Shown here: piece after piece, positions 60,411 through 64,000 of the stretch
How positions within the stretch are numbered: the stretch's first letter is position 1
Layout: every line of letters starts with the position of its first letter
Assembly: GCF_009914755.1 (NCBI RefSeq)
Contig: NC_060925.1
Reading direction: 5' to 3' (one strand)
Length of the DNA stretch: 64,000 nt
From: the human T2T-CHM13v2.0 reference genome, Homo sapiens
Translations under genes and position numbers: made by a program
The notes under the pieces: model-generated
The model's input: only the letters and a program-made list of their open reading frames with translations
Told to the model about the DNA's origin: nothing
Database searches by the model: none

Positions 60411-61063
60411 TATGATTTCCAATTGTATTGTTCTCAACCACATGAGCTCAGAATACATAAACTAGAAATACTTGTAGAGGAAGGAATATAGCATCCACAG
60501 TTTGGAAGCCCCTTCATCTCTCCATCCAACAACAATTTACTGACAGCCTACAAGCCATTTTCAGAAATGTTGTATTGACTGATAATGCACAAAGGAGAAA
60601 TGCAGAGTCATGTCCTCAGGGAGCTCACAATCTTTAGGGGAGGTAGACAGGTAAATGGAGAGCAGCTGTGCAGCAGACTAAATGCAAATAAGAAATAGAC
60701 CATTAAAGTGGAAGACTTCCATGTACTTGTTATGTGCATTGTGGCAAATTTCTCTATCTTTCTGAGATTCAGTGTCATCATCTTTAAATGGCGGGGGGGG
60801 AGAGGAAATCTGATAAATTCTTATACTAACTTGATGAGCTAATGTAAATTTTAAGAAAGAGTTAGCATCTTGCCTAGCTCACAAATGATCTTCAATAATT
60901 GTTTATTCAATGCACAAATGGATTAGTATTATAATAGCAGTGCATACAAAATGCAGCAGTGTTATATAAAGTAATGGGTTAGGGCAGAATCATATTGAAG
61001 AGCAAGGAAAGAACTGTACTACTTTTAATGTCGGTCTGTCTTGATCAGATAGCTTAAGGAGGT

Positions 61064-61515
61064 TGCGATAAATTAAATATGGTTAAAAATTCTTGGCAGC
61101 TTCTTTCAGGAAGAGCTGACCCCTGGAATCTGGGCTAGACTTGCACTTGTTTTGGCCATTGGAATATCAAGCTGACTTTTTGTGGGCTCTGGAGACTAGG
61201 ACCTAAAAGGAGGAATGTTGCCCCCTCATCATTATGTAAAGAAGCTGGCGCAACCTGCTGGAGGAGAATATGCCACCTGGGGAAGAACTGAGGCACCCAG
61301 CCAACATCCAGCACCCACCACTAGACATGTGAGTGAAACTATCGTTGGACTTTTCACCTCAGCTCACCTGCTAGCAGAATGTAGCTGCATGAATAAGCCC
61401 AGGGGAAACCAGCAGAGGGACCTCCCAGCTAACCCACAGAATCATGAGAAATAACACATTGTTATTTTAGTTATGTTTTGGGGTAATTCGTTACCTAGCA
61501 ATATTTAACTGAACA
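61064..61515 (+). mobile_element. MLT1G/H-like MaLR solo LTR
   Basis: gaactgaggcacccagccaaca...gacatgtgagtga...aacccacagaatcatgagaaataa...taactgaaca; TSD gaggt/gaggc. Confidence 0.8.
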
Positions 61516-61707
61516 GAGGCCTTAACTCGAATGCCAAGGAGATTTTTTTTGATAATCTAAAATTTAGGTTAAGTTTTTCGTGTATGTACACATTTCCAGT
61601 TTTTCTGGGCATCTGTGTTTCACTTTCATTCACTGTTTAGAAGAGTACATATACCAAGAAGGTTAAGAACCACTGTTTTAAGTCTAGGGAAAGAATGTTA
61701 AGAGCTT

Positions 61708-61926
61708 ATTCATCTTGTGGTCATGATTTGCGTTTTCATATTGATTAGTGATGTTAAGTATCTTTGCATAGACCTGTTGAACATGGTACCTGTAGTTTAC
61801 ACTACTGGTTTTTAGTTTACACTTAAAATTTAAGAGGGTAGATCTCAGGTGTCCTTACTGCAATAAAATAAATTTTTTAAATGAATGAAGGTGCACGTGT
61901 GCACATACATGCATACACACACACAC
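61708..61926 (+). mobile_element. Short old L1 (L1MA/MB-like) insertion with 5' inversion
   Basis: Antisense ORF2 piece (about 61708-61785) fused to sense L1M 3' end (aagagggtagatctc...caataaaataaa); TSD aagaatgttaagagctt / aagaatgtcaagagctt. Confidence 0.7.
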
Positions 61927-62451
61927 AAGAATGTCAAGAGCTTTTAAAGTTTCAGCTTCAGGGCAAGGCCTGTTGCATAGTGCAGAGATGCAGATTGTAG
62001 GTCACCTTTCCATGGGAGCCACAGCTACAGTGGGGCTGTCCAAGGTGCTGGCCAGACTGTCTTGCCTATTTCTCATTAATTAGCACTGTCCCTAGGTGGA
62101 GAGCACCTTAAAGCCTTTCCTTATGGGTAGTTACTTGGTTACACTGTTATGCCATGTTAAAATAGGTGTTGCTTTGTTAAACAACAAGGAAGCCAGATGA
62201 CCCGTAATGCTCACCTGTTTGATCCTGAACTGTACTTGCTACCCACTATCAAGGCTGTGATGAACATCATCATAATACACAGGAGTACCTTAACCTAGGT
62301 ATACCTGAATTGGATCCATACTCTGTGTCCTTATTATGGCTCAATAAGATGTGCTACCCTTGTTCCTACGAAGCTCTTGAAAGGCTTACTAGCACCCAAA
62401 GCCCTAGAGGGACAAGGTGTAGAGTTGGAAGATATCTGGTGTTGATTCAGA

Positions 62452-62670
62452 CAGAGCAGTGTGGTTAAGCGTGCAGCTCTAGAATCTAACTGGGTTACCA
62501 GCTGCAGCACCTTGGGACATTTTGGAGATAATAATTGTAGCTACTTTACAGGGGGGTTGTGAGGACGAAACTAGTTAAAAACATAAATTGTACTTAAATA
62601 AATTAACATATTCAAAGTAGTTAGAAGAGGGCTCAACTCATAGTAAGTGTTCAATAAATGACAGGCATTT
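62452..62670 (+). mobile_element. MIR SINE
   Basis: gcagtgtggttaagcgtgcagctctagaatc...ggttgtgaggac...catagtaagtgttcaataaatg. Confidence 0.8.
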
Positions 62671-63569
62671 TGATGAAGGTGGTGAATGATTATTATAAGG
62701 ACTGATGATAAAGATGTAATTTTGGATTTCAGCTCTGACACTTAGCTGTGGGATCTTAACTTCTCAAAATTTTTGCATTTTCGTATATAAAACAGGAACA
62801 CATCCTTGTGATTATTAACTGAGGGAATGAAAAGGAAAACATAGCGCCGAACATGTAATAAATACACAATATAAATGATATTTTATTCTTATCTGCAGCT
62901 CCCTTCTTTCCTAGGACTCAGCAGATGCCGAAATATTGTCTGAAAGAGTGTGTGGATGTGTGTGTGTGTGAATCTTTAACAACAGAAAGTGTAAAAGTCA
63001 CTTAATGAAATGATAGTGGGTTCATGGAAATGACTCTAGGGTCTCCTGTGTCCTGTTTGTCACAGAGAACTCCCTCTCATCCACTGCTTGTTGCTTTGCT
63101 GTTAAGAAGCTTTTGAGATAGATTAAAACAATAGCATCAACAGAGGTATAATTTTCTTCCATCCCTTTTTAATTAGCTGTGAACCGCAGGGCTAAGTGGC
63201 AACAGAATCAGAGAAGGCAGGAAGAGCAGAAAGCCACCATTTGAGTTCTTAGGATAAGAAGCATTTACTAAAAAACATTCTGAGAATTTGGATAAAAGAT
63301 TCTGCAAGTTGTTCTCTCATCTTTTTAAAAAACAAACCTCTGTCTGTCAGCTCACTGCCAATTCCAGCCTGGAAAATTGGCATGCATGTTTCGAGGATAG
63401 GAAGCAGAAAGTATAAATTTAAGAATTGCGGTAGAACACAGATGCATGAGTCAGTAGATCTTCGAAATGCTACAGACCATTTTTTGTGCGTGTTCTTTAA
63501 GTCTCAATCTTTCTGACCCTTAAGTTTCTCATCTAAAAAAATGAGAGATGGGTTAGAACATAGCTACTA

Positions 63570-63740
63570 TTTGCCAAATACCTATCACATGCAGAGCCTC
63601 ACAACGATACTGTGAGGTATGTGTTTTATGTCCAAGTTTCAAAGCAGAAAACTGAGGCTTACAAAGCTGAATTTATTCAATGGCTCACAGCTTGAAAACT
63701 GTAGAACCTACCCAGCTATAACTCTAGTTCTTTCTGAATT
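63570..63740 (-). mobile_element. MIR fragment
   Basis: cctcacaacgatactgtgaggta...gaaaactgaggctt. Confidence 0.65.
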
Positions 63741-64000
63741 CTTTCCCTGCATCATAAGACTTCTCATCTTTAAAATCCCTTTCAACTTCATAAAGTTGCA
63801 TAATTTGTATACTGTTCAATTTTTAGTTAATCAGAGGCAATGCACTAATATGTATAAGTTCTTAAACCTTTCAGTATCATTCTTGTTTATCTGGAATAAT
63901 TTAAGAGAAAATTAAATAGTCTGGTTACGTGATCACCATAAGCATTATATGTATATAGATATTTTCACATAATTAGCAAAACTAATTTAAGAATTTATTC

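Overview
Primate (human-like) non-coding genomic DNA, intronic or intergenic. It is AT-rich and CpG-depleted, with no CpG island, no recognisable host protein-coding exon, no tRNA/rRNA and no CRISPR. Much of the window is interspersed repeat: about 15 Alu copies or fragments (J, S and Y types), a 5'-truncated primate L1 whose ORF2 remnant gives the only long ORF (7110-8894), a nested antisense L1M block (about 22.7-29.1 kb), many MaLR/ERVL solo LTRs, DNA transposon fossils (Tigger3, MER1B, MER5, MER20, MER58), and dense MIR/L2 fragments. Repeat subfamily names come from recalled consensus sequences, and MIR/L2/old-LTR boundaries are approximate. The most notable observations are: (1) four unique-sequence islands with minus-strand splice signals that may form a spliced transcript, two of which join into one open frame; (2) an L1 3' transduction; (3) two apparent locally templated insertions; (4) a twin-primed, 5'-inverted old L1; and (5) several perfect tandem duplications. 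No new biological system can be firmly supported from sequence alone.
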